Shown: positions 9,344 to 18,588 of the stretch, one piece after another
Layout of the letters: every line of letters begins with the position of its first letter
How positions within the stretch are numbered: the first letter of the stretch is position 1
From: an uncultured Candidatus Saccharibacteria bacterium
GTDB taxonomy: Bacteria > Patescibacteriota > Saccharimonadia > UBA4664 > CAZJNH01
Assembly (NCBI GenBank): GCA_964547425.1
Contig: CAZJNH010000005.1
Span: 17,703 to 81,702 of the forward strand
Direction: 5' to 3'
DNA: 64,000 nucleotides
Program-made: the position numbers and the translations under genes
Notes under the pieces: generated by a model
The model's database searches: none
The model's input: the letters and a program-made list of their open reading frames with translations, nothing else
Told to the model about the DNA's origin: nothing

Positions 9344-10003
9344 TTAGAAAATCTGGTTTAATTCCTCGAGGTTTTCGATCTTAATAAACTCATTGTCGGT
9401 CGGATAGGCGCCGTGGTCGAACTGAATTAACTTGCTGAACCCGACCTTACTGGCTCCTTCCAGCGCCGAAGGCACGTCATCAATAAACGCCGATTCCTCA
9501 GCTGAAACTTTGGCCGCCTCCAAGGCTGCTTCGTAAATACCGGGCTGGGGTTTGTCGATGCTAATCTCCCGCGAAATAATTACCGGGTCGAAATACTCAA
9601 GCAACTTCAAATAAGTCAGCTCGCTGCCCCGCCGCGACGTCATGCCATTAGAAATAATTCCCAACTTGTATTTTTTCCGCAAATACGCCAGCGTCTCAAT
9701 CGCGCCGTCGTTTAGTCGGTAATCCTTTTTCATCCAGGCATCTGTCATAAAATCGACCCGTTCTTTAGTCGTCTCAATCCCTAGCTGCTTCAAAATCTTG
9801 GCGTTGTGCTTGTCGGCCCAATGCTTCTCTTTCTCCAGCGTCTCGATATCGTTCCAGCCTTCAAAACCGGTTTCCTCGGCTAGCCTATGGCCAGCTTTGT
9901 AGTCTTCATAGTCTAACCCTAGGTACGCCGCAATCTTGCGTCTTGGATCTTCGTTGAGAGTAATGAGAACATTGCCGACGTCGAAGAAAATGATTTTGAT
10001 CAC
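9344..10003 (-). CDS. HAD-IA family hydrolase
   Basis: FFDVGNVL, ISN, KPQPGIY, FIDD motifs. Confidence 0.88.
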   Translation of the reverse strand: MIKIIFFDVGNVLITLNEDPRRKIAAYLGLDYEDYKAGHRLAEETGFEGWNDIETLEKEKHWADKHNAKILKQLGIETTKERVDFMTDAWMKKDYRLNDGAIETLAYLRKKYKLGIISNGMTSRRGSELTYLKLLEYFDPVIISREISIDKPQPGIYEAALEAAKVSAEESAFIDDVPSALEGASKVGFSKLIQFDHGAYPTDNEFIKIENLEELNQIF

Positions 10004-10462
10004 CTAAATCTCGCCTCGTTCCTGTAGCTCATTTTGAATTTCTTTGATGTTTCCGAGAAATTCCCTCCGCACCGCTAAATCCACGTCGTCGATATAAGGC
10101 GATGGATAACTGCGGCTCAAAAATTTTCCTCTGCGCTCGCTGGTCGACCAGGCATACGACGAGTACTCGCCAGTATCTTTTTCGGTGAAGAAAGCGAACC
10201 CACCAAAGAGAGGGTCAATCTCACCCCGAACAGTTAACTCAATTTTAGAATATTTGCCTACATCCTCGAGCTCTAAATGTTTAGTAGGATATGTGACCTC
10301 GTCCCCTTCAGAAGTGTGCGCTGTTTCTTCGGTCGTTTCGGTCTCAGGGTGCTTAAAAACGATGCTTCTTGCCGTACTGAAGCTTTCGTCGAACAACCTA
10401 TCCTTTTCAGCTTGTTCGGGATTACCGATCTCTTCTGGTGTTGTGCCACTGGTCTCGGACAT
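10004..10462 (-). CDS. Orphan protein, PEQAE...RGEI family member A
   Basis: Full-length similarity to 11473-11913 and 62937-63470. Confidence 0.7.
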   Translation of the reverse strand: MSETSGTTPEEIGNPEQAEKDRLFDESFSTARSIVFKHPETETTEETAHTSEGDEVTYPTKHLELEDVGKYSKIELTVRGEIDPLFGGFAFFTEKDTGEYSSYAWSTSERRGKFLSRSYPSPYIDDVDLAVRREFLGNIKEIQNELQERGEI

Positions 10463-10467
10463 AAGGA

Positions 10468-11430
10468 CTACTGTATCACCGTGTCCTTCGCGAAGTCGAG
10501 GTCGCGTTTGGTCTCCCCCTGTTTACCGAGAGGGTCGAGCGTTTTTTCGGCCACAACCTTATTAGTAATAATTAATGCCGTCGAACCTGCGTTGCCGGTG
10601 GTTACCTTGATGTCGTCTTTGCCGGTAAAGGCTTGCGTCGTGCCGGCCAGCATCGTCCCGCGAAACACCTCTTGGCCATCCACCTCCACCACAATCAGCG
10701 TCGCTTTGTCCTTAATCTTCACGCCAACTGCGATCCCATTAAACTTCTTGGCCGGAACCAGCTTTTCTTTGCCTGCCACCGGCGGCAAATGCGCCAGGAT
10801 GTTACGCGTCACAGTGGTGGATTTGCCCAGCTTGTTTTTGGCGGTAATTTGAATCGTGTTTAACCCGTCCGACAGCGCCAATTTGTCGCTGAACTTACCG
10901 TCGTTATCGGCCAAAATCGGCGAGTCGTTGATGAATATGTCGGTTCCCGGAGTCGCCTGCCCGCTGATGTCGACTACGCTGCCGGTAATCGCTTCGTCCG
11001 ACACCGGCGAGCTGATCTCCAGCCTCGGCGCAGCCGCCAAAGCCGAGAACTGCCAGGCCAAATAACTGCCAATCAGCGCCACAACCACCACCGTAGCCGC
11101 GGCCACTGCCAGCTTTGGTGTCAAAGAAACCCTCGAAGACTTCACCGGCTTCGGCGCCGACCGCTCCGGTGTTTCCACCTCGCCCCGCTCGTGGCTATAC
11201 TGCTTGGCCAGAGCCGGACCGTCTAATCCTAAATAGTTGGCGTAGGCTTGCACGAAGCCGCGAATGTAAACGTCGTTGGGAATTGAGTAATCATCCTCTT
11301 CCAACTTCGTCAGATACTTCCCACGAATCTTCGTCGCCAGTTCCACCTGCGACTGCCGCAGACCCTGCTTCTCCCGCTCCTTCCGCAGAACCTCCCCAAC
11401 CTTCTCCGACTTTTTCTCTTTAGGCGTCAT
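10468..11430 (-). CDS. RodZ-like HTH membrane protein with Ig-like and DUF4115-like domains
   Basis: HTH GEVLRKERE..KIRGKYL..VYIRGFVQAYANYLGLD, TM helix, GNAG motif; next to ftsK. Confidence 0.8.
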   Translation of the reverse strand: MTPKEKKSEKVGEVLRKEREKQGLRQSQVELATKIRGKYLTKLEEDDYSIPNDVYIRGFVQAYANYLGLDGPALAKQYSHERGEVETPERSAPKPVKSSRVSLTPKLAVAAATVVVVALIGSYLAWQFSALAAAPRLEISSPVSDEAITGSVVDISGQATPGTDIFINDSPILADNDGKFSDKLALSDGLNTIQITAKNKLGKSTTVTRNILAHLPPVAGKEKLVPAKKFNGIAVGVKIKDKATLIVVEVDGQEVFRGTMLAGTTQAFTGKDDIKVTTGNAGSTALIITNKVVAEKTLDPLGKQGETKRDLDFAKDTVIQ

Positions 11431-11472
11431 AAGGTCAGGATACAGGGGCTAGGATCTAGGATCTAGCTATTC

Positions 11473-11913
11473 TTAGATCTCGCCTCGATCCTGAAGTTCG
11501 TTTTCTACCTGTGTGATTAATGCCTGCAACTCCCTCCGTTCGGATATGTCCGTATCCCTTTTGTAGTTTTGGAGGTCATTGTCTTCTAGGTAAGTGATTT
11601 TGCGGTCTTCACTCCAACCATAATCGCGCGCTGGCAGGTCTTCTTTGGGTTCAAAAAAGATAGCGTTAAGCTTCCCTTCGGAATGAGCCGTATGCGATTC
11701 GGTTTTACGAGCTAGTATGGCACGGCCATAGCCAGCGACGTCAAGCAATGTGACATGCCTCGCCTCAACACCATGAGAACTTTCAATTCTAGCTTGGGGA
11801 TGACTTAGAAGGATATTAGTTACCGTTCTCAATGTTGAATTATAAATTTTGTCTTTCTCGGCTTGTTCCGGGTCAGCAAGTTCTTCAGGTGTTGGTCCGG
11901 GACGTTCACGCAT
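11473..11913 (-). CDS. Orphan protein, PEQAE...RGEI family member B
   Basis: PEQAEKD, HP, ELQDRGEI shared with the paralogs. Confidence 0.7.
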   Translation of the reverse strand: MRERPGPTPEELADPEQAEKDKIYNSTLRTVTNILLSHPQARIESSHGVEARHVTLLDVAGYGRAILARKTESHTAHSEGKLNAIFFEPKEDLPARDYGWSEDRKITYLEDNDLQNYKRDTDISERRELQALITQVENELQDRGEI

Positions 11914-11918
11914 TATTT

Positions 11919-14027
11919 TTATTCCTCGATAGTAATATCTTCAACGCTCGCGGCTTCGTCGACGGAGCTGACTAGAACATCGCGGGGGCGGGCGCCGTCG
12001 GGCGGGCCTATTACTCCTCGTTCTTCGAGGATGTCGAGCAATCTGGCGGCACGGGCGTAGCCAACTCGTAATCGGCGTTGGAGTAGCGATGCCGAGGCCT
12101 TGCCGCTGCGAATAACCGTGTCGGCCGCTTCCTGGAACAAATCATCATCTCCGCTTGAGCCATCAAAATCGTGGCCGCGGCCTCCGGCACCCATATGCAC
12201 CGGCTGTGTCAGCACCTCTTCGTTGTAACTCGGCTCCCGTTCCTTTTTAAGGTATTCAGTGACGGCCTTGATCTCTTTTTCGCTGATGAAAGTACTTTGA
12301 ATCCGTTTCGGCTTAGGAGTCTCGGACGACATATATAGCATGTCACCACTGCCCAGCAGCTTCTCGGCGCCACCTTGGTCAATGATCACCCGCGAGTCGA
12401 CTTGCTGGGCCACCGTAAACGCCAATCGGGCCGGCACGTTGGCTTTAATGAGTCCGGTAATGACGTTCACACTCGGTCTCTGAGTCGCCAGTACCAGGTG
12501 AATCCCGGTCGCGCGCGACATCTGCGCCAGCCGGACGATTGCTGACTCCACTTCCTGCGAAGCGACGTGCATCAGGTCCGCCAGCTCGTCGATTACGACT
12601 ACGATATAGGGCATACCCTCATCCTTTTTGGCGGAGTTGTACTCTCCGATATTGCGTTTACCAACCTCGGCAAACAGCTTGTACCGGCGCTCCATCTCCA
12701 TCACCGTCCACTTCAGCGCCGAGATACATTCCTTGGGTTCAACGATCACCGGCGACAGCAAGTGCGGGATGTTGTTGTACATCGTCAGCTCCACCCGCTT
12801 AGGGTCAACCAGGATAAGCTTTAGATCCGAAGGCGAGTTGCGGTAAAGCAAACTCATCAGGAAAGTATTGATCATAATCGACTTACCGGAACCCGTGGCA
12901 CCGGCGATCAGCATATGAGGCATTTTGGCGAGGTCCGCGATCATCGGCTCTCCCGAAACGTCACGGCCGAGAACGAAAGTCAGCGGCGACTTTGAGGCCT
13001 TAAACTGATTCGAGCCTACCAGGTCCCGCATCCGCACCAAGGCCGGCTTTTTGTTGGGGATCTCAATGCCAACCGCGCTTTTGCCCGGAATCGGCGCCTC
13101 AATCCGCAGTGGATGCGCCGCTAGCGCCAGGCTCAAGTTGTGGTCGAGTTGCGTTATTTTGTTCAATTTTACGCCGCTCTCCGGCTTGATCGTATATTGA
13201 GTAACTGTTGGACCCACGTTGACTTCGCCGAGGCCAACTTCGATGCCGAAACTCTCCAAAGTTTTGTGGATAGTCGCGGCGTTTTCCTTGATATTACCAG
13301 CGTCCGGCTGGGTGGTAGTTTCTTCGAGTAAATCAAGCCCTGGCCCCTTCCAGTCTGGGTCGGCGCCGGCGGTCAGCGGCTCAAACTCTTGCTGCGCCGG
13401 AGGCTTCCCGCCCAGCGTTCCACGGATCGGTAATTTGGTTGAAAGTACGGCGCTCGCGGGGTCATTAATGGCAAACTCGTCCTCGTTCCCGCGCCGAAAT
13501 AATTTCATTATCAGATGCCAAACGTCGCTTAATTTGGTGTTAGTGGCGACGATGAAGCTGATGAGTAAAACCGCGATCAGCAGAATGATCGAAGCGGTCT
13601 TGTTCGCCAGCCTGAGCAAGCCAAGACTAACCAGGTAGCCAATGACTCCGCCGCCAACGCCGTCTTTGGCGTGCTGCAGGGCGTTGTCGGAGTACGGCAG
13701 ATGCATTAGACCGGCTAGAGCCACAACGATCAGGAAAAGTCCGATGTAGTTGTTGGCCCGCATCTGGTATTTCTTTGGCTGAAAGAGCAGCCACGCCAGC
13801 AGGAAAAACAGCAGCGGCAGAACGTATGCGACCCAGCCAACCAGTATCCTCAACCCCGTTAATGTCCAAGATAACAGCGAACCGCCGACCCCAAACATTG
13901 CCAGAATCAAAAGGAATGCGAGCGCCACAAGGACAATCGCTGTAATCTCGGCAACTAGTTCGGGATCCAGCTGCGGCCTAAGGCTGGGCAAATCCCTTTT
14001 TTGCTTGCGTTTCTTCCGTCGCGCCAT
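11919..14027 (-). CDS. ftsK: DNA translocase FtsK/SpoIIIE
   Basis: N-terminal TMs, AGATGSGKS, IDELADLM, ATQRPS, gamma domain LQRRLRVGYARAAR. Confidence 0.97.
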   Translation of the reverse strand: MARRKKRKQKRDLPSLRPQLDPELVAEITAIVLVALAFLLILAMFGVGGSLLSWTLTGLRILVGWVAYVLPLLFFLLAWLLFQPKKYQMRANNYIGLFLIVVALAGLMHLPYSDNALQHAKDGVGGGVIGYLVSLGLLRLANKTASIILLIAVLLISFIVATNTKLSDVWHLIMKLFRRGNEDEFAINDPASAVLSTKLPIRGTLGGKPPAQQEFEPLTAGADPDWKGPGLDLLEETTTQPDAGNIKENAATIHKTLESFGIEVGLGEVNVGPTVTQYTIKPESGVKLNKITQLDHNLSLALAAHPLRIEAPIPGKSAVGIEIPNKKPALVRMRDLVGSNQFKASKSPLTFVLGRDVSGEPMIADLAKMPHMLIAGATGSGKSIMINTFLMSLLYRNSPSDLKLILVDPKRVELTMYNNIPHLLSPVIVEPKECISALKWTVMEMERRYKLFAEVGKRNIGEYNSAKKDEGMPYIVVVIDELADLMHVASQEVESAIVRLAQMSRATGIHLVLATQRPSVNVITGLIKANVPARLAFTVAQQVDSRVIIDQGGAEKLLGSGDMLYMSSETPKPKRIQSTFISEKEIKAVTEYLKKEREPSYNEEVLTQPVHMGAGGRGHDFDGSSGDDDLFQEAADTVIRSGKASASLLQRRLRVGYARAARLLDILEERGVIGPPDGARPRDVLVSSVDEAASVEDITIEE

Positions 14028-14066
14028 AACCTATATTATACCTGTTAGCGTAAGCTCTTTATAGTT

Positions 14067-14981
14067 CTAATGTGCCAGGACAATCGTGCCAAGAATAATT
14101 ATCGCGGCGGCCAGGACCTTGCGAGTAAGATGTTGGCGGGAGATATTTTCCTTGATGATATGAGGAAAAAAGATGGTAAGTATTGCGCCGAACCCAATTA
14201 GATAAATCGCTTGGACACTCATTACCGCCTGCACGATCGCCACCGGCACCAGCAACATGGCATAGCGCATGGCCGCAAGGCCGCTCAAGTTCAGCAGCTC
14301 GTTGGCCTCGCCCAGGCTTAGGGCTACGACTTTATGCTTTGACAGTAGATCCAAAAATCCCCGCCGAGCAGACCGGCTAAGGCAAAAGACCGTAATCGAA
14401 GCGATCAAACCAGCCGAAAATTCGTAGAACTGCGTGGGCACATACGACGATTCAACTGCTACGAACTTAAAGACAATGTTACTGAAGGCAATTGCAAGCG
14501 AAGCGACAGCCATCAACCAAAACACCCGGCGGTTAAACGTGGTCTTGCCGGAGGTTTTATCGAGGTTGATTGAGATGGAGCCTAGTAGAATCAGCCCTAT
14601 CCCCGCCAGTTCGAGTAACGATAAGGACTCATGCAAAAAAATTAGCCCCAGGACGTAGTTCGCCACAATGATCATCTGGAATAGTGTTGCCACGACCGAC
14701 GTTTCAGCGACCTTCAACGCCCGGTAATAGACATAAAAGGCGGCGGTTGTGAGTAGCCCGACCAATATGCCTCCGAGCGCGTTGCGTAAGCTGTAATGGG
14801 CTAGTTGATGGCGCGCGAACCAGCCAAAAACAATTAAAAGCGGGGTAACACAAAGGCCGGTCAAGATAGTTACCGGACCAGCAGAGTCTCCTTCCGCGAT
14901 GCGCGACAACAAATACTTCTCGATGAAGTTTGTCGACGCAAACAGTAGCGGCGCGATTAAGGCTAAAGCAAACCACAGCAT
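14067..14981 (-). CDS. EamA/DMT family transporter
   Basis: About 10 TM helices with FLHE motif; start moved to the ATG after TAGAAT. Confidence 0.8.
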   Translation of the reverse strand: MLWFALALIAPLLFASTNFIEKYLLSRIAEGDSAGPVTILTGLCVTPLLIVFGWFARHQLAHYSLRNALGGILVGLLTTAAFYVYYRALKVAETSVVATLFQMIIVANYVLGLIFLHESLSLLELAGIGLILLGSISINLDKTSGKTTFNRRVFWLMAVASLAIAFSNIVFKFVAVESSYVPTQFYEFSAGLIASITVFCLSRSARRGFLDLLSKHKVVALSLGEANELLNLSGLAAMRYAMLLVPVAIVQAVMSVQAIYLIGFGAILTIFFPHIIKENISRQHLTRKVLAAAIIILGTIVLAH

Positions 14982-15059
14982 GCTTCCAATTCTAAGCCAA
15001 AACGCTATACTTATCCGCACGTTCGATCCGGAAGGACTTTGACAAGCGAGGAGGGTTAG

Positions 15060-15143
15060 ATGCGTCTGTTCATTCACCGGCTGGTCAACGCACCAGAGCC
15101 GCCAAGAGGGATCTTCGACGAAGACAGCCAGAGTCCCGAATAG
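15060..15143 (+). CDS. 27-aa microprotein, operon gene 1
   Basis: TATACT -10 box at 15006, GAGGAGGG SD; MRLFIHRLVNAPEPPRGIFDEDSQSPE. Confidence 0.5.
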   Translation: MRLFIHRLVNAPEPPRGIFDEDSQSPE

Positions 15144-15152
15144 GAGGAAATA

Positions 15153-15356
15153 GTGGCAAAGGCGTGTGCGGAGCAATGCTGTCCCGGGAAGAGAATCTTC
15201 TCGACTCATGACGAGGCCCAGCGGCACATCGGCCGAGTCCGAATGCAGATGGGATGGCGGCTGAGGGTTTACAAGTGCCCGAAGTGCAAGCATTTACACG
15301 TGAGCAGTTCGGAATCCAGAGGGAGGAATAAAGCCGGGACAAGGAGAAAACGATGA
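15153..15356 (+). CDS. 67-aa zinc-finger-like basic protein
   Basis: AGGAGG SD; CPGK..F...EA and RVYKCPKCKHLH. Confidence 0.65.
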   Translation: MAKACAEQCCPGKRIFSTHDEAQRHIGRVRMQMGWRLRVYKCPKCKHLHVSSSESRGRNKAGTRRKR

Positions 15357-15625
15357 AGCCGGTTATCACTAGCTTGCCTCCCGAGTTATTTGAGGCCTGC
15401 CAGACTCTGGCCACAGTACTCGGGATCGAGGTTGGTGAATTGATGCTCGAGATCACTTGGGAGTTCATCGAAATGATCGAAGGCGACCTTGAGCTCCTGG
15501 GAAGACTGACCAACCACGACAGGTCAGTCAGGTTGGCCTTGAACTCGGCGGTAAGCCTGCGCAACCGCGAGCGTCAATTGAATGGCGCTAAACCGGCAAG
15601 CAAGCTGAGGGGAGGGCTGCGATGA
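15353..15625 (+). CDS. 90-aa hypothetical protein (possible ribbon-helix-helix)
   Basis: AAGGAG SD, ATGA overlap; ITSLPPELFE..LA..LGI..EL RHH-like pattern. Confidence 0.6.
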   Translation: MKPVITSLPPELFEACQTLATVLGIEVGELMLEITWEFIEMIEGDLELLGRLTNHDRSVRLALNSAVSLRNRERQLNGAKPASKLRGGLR

Positions 15626-15723
15626 AAAAGAAGCACCTGTGGCTCATCGGATTGTTGCTGCTCGCGGCGATAGTTCCCCTCTGGAAGCGCTGGTGGGGCA
15701 CTCTGCCGAGTTTCGAGAACTGA
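15622..15723 (+). CDS. 33-aa cationic Trp-rich membrane peptide
   Basis: GGAGGG SD, ATGA overlap with the upstream stop; MKKKHLWLIGLLLLAAIVPLWKRWWGTLPSFEN. Confidence 0.55.
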   Translation: MKKKHLWLIGLLLLAAIVPLWKRWWGTLPSFEN

Positions 15724-15869
15724 TGGATACATTCCCTTGGCCAATGATCGTCGAGAAGTTCTCCTCGGCGATCAAAGAGCCCAGCGCAAAGCAGCAGAAG
15801 CTGCGCGAGCTGGCCGACAAGACGCTCAAGTTCAACCCGGTCGATCCCGACAAACCGATCGGGGGATGA
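15723..15869 (+). CDS. 48-aa hypothetical protein
   Basis: TGATG coupling to the 33-aa ORF; MDTFPWPMIVEKF... Confidence 0.5.
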   Translation: MDTFPWPMIVEKFSSAIKEPSAKQQKLRELADKTLKFNPVDPDKPIGG

Positions 15870-15870
15870 A

Positions 15871-16056
15871 ATGGCGGTCATAATTGTTCCTGCGCTTAGT
15901 TCGGGACCTTCAAGGCCGATCAGGAAAACCAAGGAATTGGTCGAGGTTGTCCAGAACGGTCGGTTCTACGAACGTAACGCCAAAGAGGTTTGGCCGTCGT
16001 CGATCAAAGCTCAGCCTGCATTGGCTGAGCTGTTCCGAAATAGAGAGTGGCATTAA
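15871..16056 (+). CDS. 61-aa hypothetical protein
   Basis: GGGGGA SD; last ORF before the terminator. Confidence 0.5.
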   Translation: MAVIIVPALSSGPSRPIRKTKELVEVVQNGRFYERNAKEVWPSSIKAQPALAELFRNREWH

Positions 16057-16093
16057 AAGCCCGGGCGCGCATCGATGATGCGCCCGGGCTTTT
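16055..16093. terminator. Bidirectional intrinsic terminator
   Basis: AAAAGCCCGGGCGC...GCGCCCGGGCTTTT between convergent genes. Confidence 0.85.
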
Positions 16094-16094
16094 C

Positions 16095-17894
16095 TTATAT
16101 TTCGATGACGACGGGGACGATCATCGGGGAACGTTTGGTTTGCTTGTAGAGGAAGTCGCTCAAATCGTCGCGGAGGCGTAGTTTAAACCGGTTCCAGTCG
16201 TTGGGTTTGTTGGGGCTGGCCTGGCGCTTAGCAAAAGCCTGGCGCACTTCGGCGCGGGCTTTGGCGATCAACTCCTCGTTTTCCTTCATATAGATGAAGC
16301 CGCGGGAGATGACATCAGGGCTCGTAATCATCCGGCCCGTCTTTTTCTCAACGGTCGCAACGACTACGAATATGCCATCCTTAGCCATCGCCAGCCGGTC
16401 GCGAAGGACGATGCCTTCCACGTCACCTACTCCCGAACCATCGATCATAATCATCCCGGCCTTCACACTTTCGCCTTTTTTAGCGACACCGGGCTGGGCA
16501 AGCTCCAAGACATTGCCATTATCCAAGACGAATACATTTTTTAATTCAATGCCATTTTTAGTCGCCAGTTCGGCGTGGCGCATCAGGTGATGGAACTCGC
16601 CGTGGATCGGCACAAAGTACTTCGGATGGATCAGCTTAATCAGCTCTGCCAGATCATCCCGGCTAGCGTGGCCAGAAACGTGCAAAGGGCCGCAGTCGTC
16701 CAGCTGTCGGTGGATGTGCTGGAAGACCTTGGAACCTTCGCGCAGCAAGCCATCGACCGTATGGACCACCGAAACTTCATTTCCGGGGATCACACTCGAA
16801 CTCATAATCACGCTGTCGCCCGGCTTAATCTTGATAAACGGATGGTCACCGGTCGCCATTTTGTTTAAGACGGAGTTGATTTCACCCTGGTGTCCGGTGC
16901 ACATCACAGCCACCGTCTTGTCGGGCATCTTGGCCATATCCTGCAATCTAATGATTAGCCCGGCCGGGATGCGAAGGTAGCCGAGTTTGACCGCCAGCTC
17001 GACGTTGGCCAGCATTGAGCGGCCAGCGAAGGCCAGCTTGCGGTTGGTCATCTCGCACGCCTTAATTACTCCCTGCATCCGGTGGATGTTACTGGAAATA
17101 GCCGACACAATAATCCGGCCTTTAATGCGCTTAAACAGCTCCTCAAAGCTCGGTTCAACGACCTTCTCGCTCGGGGTCCGGCCGAGCTGTTCACAGTTGG
17201 TACTGTCGCTCATGAGCAGCAGTACGCCTTGCTTGTCGGCAATCTCTTGCAGCCGAGGGAGGTCCATTAATTTCCCATCGATCGGCGTACGGTCGAGCCG
17301 CCAGTCGCCGGTGTGGACGATCACTCCGACAGGAGTTTCGATTACCACGGCACAGGCGTCCGGAATCGAGTGGGTTACCCTGACCAGTTCAATCTTGAAG
17401 ACGCCCAGCTGAATTTTTTCGTGTTTATCGGGGTCGATTACCCGCATCACCGGCTGAGTTTTGAGCCGAAATTCGACCAGTTTTTTCTCGATCATACCGG
17501 CGGTAAAGCGCGACAAATATAAAGGGGCCTGGACTTTCGGCAAGACGTAAGGTATGGCGCCAATGTGGTCTTCGTGAGCGTGGGTAATGATGTAGGCTTT
17601 GACCTTGTGCTTGTTCTGCTCGAGGTAGGTAATGTCGGGAATGACGTAGTCGATCCCCGGCTGGGAGTCGTTGGGGAAGGCAAAGCCGGCGTCGACCACA
17701 ATAATGTCGTCACCGTATTCGATTGCCATCATATTTTTGCCGACCTCGCCCAAGCCGCCGAGCGGAATTACGCGGACAGTCGGAACACGGTTGGCCACGT
17801 TGGCCTGCCTCGGTTGAGGCTGGGGATTTTGATTTGGTTTTGGAGCTGCATTTTGCCCCTGGGGCTGCGGTTTAACCGCAGTTGTTGGATTCAT
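16095..17894 (-). CDS. rnj: Ribonuclease J
   Basis: GGLGEVGKNM, THAHEDHIG, HVSGH, VPIHGE. Confidence 0.97.
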   Translation of the reverse strand: MNPTTAVKPQPQGQNAAPKPNQNPQPQPRQANVANRVPTVRVIPLGGLGEVGKNMMAIEYGDDIIVVDAGFAFPNDSQPGIDYVIPDITYLEQNKHKVKAYIITHAHEDHIGAIPYVLPKVQAPLYLSRFTAGMIEKKLVEFRLKTQPVMRVIDPDKHEKIQLGVFKIELVRVTHSIPDACAVVIETPVGVIVHTGDWRLDRTPIDGKLMDLPRLQEIADKQGVLLLMSDSTNCEQLGRTPSEKVVEPSFEELFKRIKGRIIVSAISSNIHRMQGVIKACEMTNRKLAFAGRSMLANVELAVKLGYLRIPAGLIIRLQDMAKMPDKTVAVMCTGHQGEINSVLNKMATGDHPFIKIKPGDSVIMSSSVIPGNEVSVVHTVDGLLREGSKVFQHIHRQLDDCGPLHVSGHASRDDLAELIKLIHPKYFVPIHGEFHHLMRHAELATKNGIELKNVFVLDNGNVLELAQPGVAKKGESVKAGMIMIDGSGVGDVEGIVLRDRLAMAKDGIFVVVATVEKKTGRMITSPDVISRGFIYMKENEELIAKARAEVRQAFAKRQASPNKPNDWNRFKLRLRDDLSDFLYKQTKRSPMIVPVVIEI

Positions 17895-17916
17895 AAATTA
17901 GTTAATATTTCCTTTC

Positions 17917-18546
17917 TTAAATTTCTAGTTTCATATTCTTAATTGGTTTTGATTCAGGTTTCATCTCATTGATTTGCTTAAGGATCGCCGGAATCTTGGA
18001 GAAGTCGGAGATCAAAGTCTGCTTCATCGATCCGTTATAAAGAGCCGCAGCAGGGTGAAATAAAGGGAGATAAACTCTACCGTTTTTTTTCATCGGGTGA
18101 CCGTGCACTTCGCTAATCCGTTTGTCTGGCAGAAACACGCTCATAGCGTGGCGGCCAAGGAAGACGGTCAGCTTCGGTTGGATAATGTCGAGTTGCTGCA
18201 TTAAGTACGGCATAAACGCCTCGCGCTCCTCCGGCTCAGGATCCCGGTTGTTCGGCGGGCGGTACTTCACAATGTTGGTGATGTAAACTTGCTCGCGTTT
18301 GAGACCGATTGTGCCCAGCATTTCGTTCAGAAACTTGCCGGCCGCTCCCACAAACGGCTTGCCCTGCTCGTCTTCTTGCTTGCCCGGAGCCTCACCTATA
18401 AAGACGATCTCGGCATCTGGCGACCCATCGGCGAAGACCAGTTGCGTCGCGCCGTCACGCAGCTGCGGACAGACGTTGTCCTTCTTGATCTGCTCTTCGA
18501 CCGCGGCCAAAGCCGCAGCCTTATCTTCACTACTCATTTCGGGCAA
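17917..18546 (-). CDS. Uracil-DNA glycosylase, family 4-like
   Basis: GEAPG..ED..G.PFVG.AG, RPPNNRDP, HPAA. Confidence 0.92.
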   Translation of the reverse strand: MPEMSSEDKAAALAAVEEQIKKDNVCPQLRDGATQLVFADGSPDAEIVFIGEAPGKQEDEQGKPFVGAAGKFLNEMLGTIGLKREQVYITNIVKYRPPNNRDPEPEEREAFMPYLMQQLDIIQPKLTVFLGRHAMSVFLPDKRISEVHGHPMKKNGRVYLPLFHPAAALYNGSMKQTLISDFSKIPAILKQINEMKPESKPIKNMKLEI

Positions 18547-18581
18547 AGCCAGGCCTTCGATTTCGCTCAGGCTAGGCTTTG
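18544..18581. repeat. Small REP-like palindrome
   Basis: CAAAGCC-AGGCCTTCGATTTCGCTCAGGCTA-GGCTTTG; shares two 11-mers with the recX insert. Confidence 0.5.
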
Positions 18582-18588
18582 ATCAAAA

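Noticed and set aside
14982-15293. N-terminal extension of the 408-aa EamA ORF
   Set aside because: It is antisense to the microprotein operon; the true start is probably the ATG at 14981 after TAGAAT.
15639-15722. 5' part of the 76-aa ORF in the track
   Set aside because: The region is better explained by the coupled 33-aa (15622) and 48-aa (15723) ORFs.
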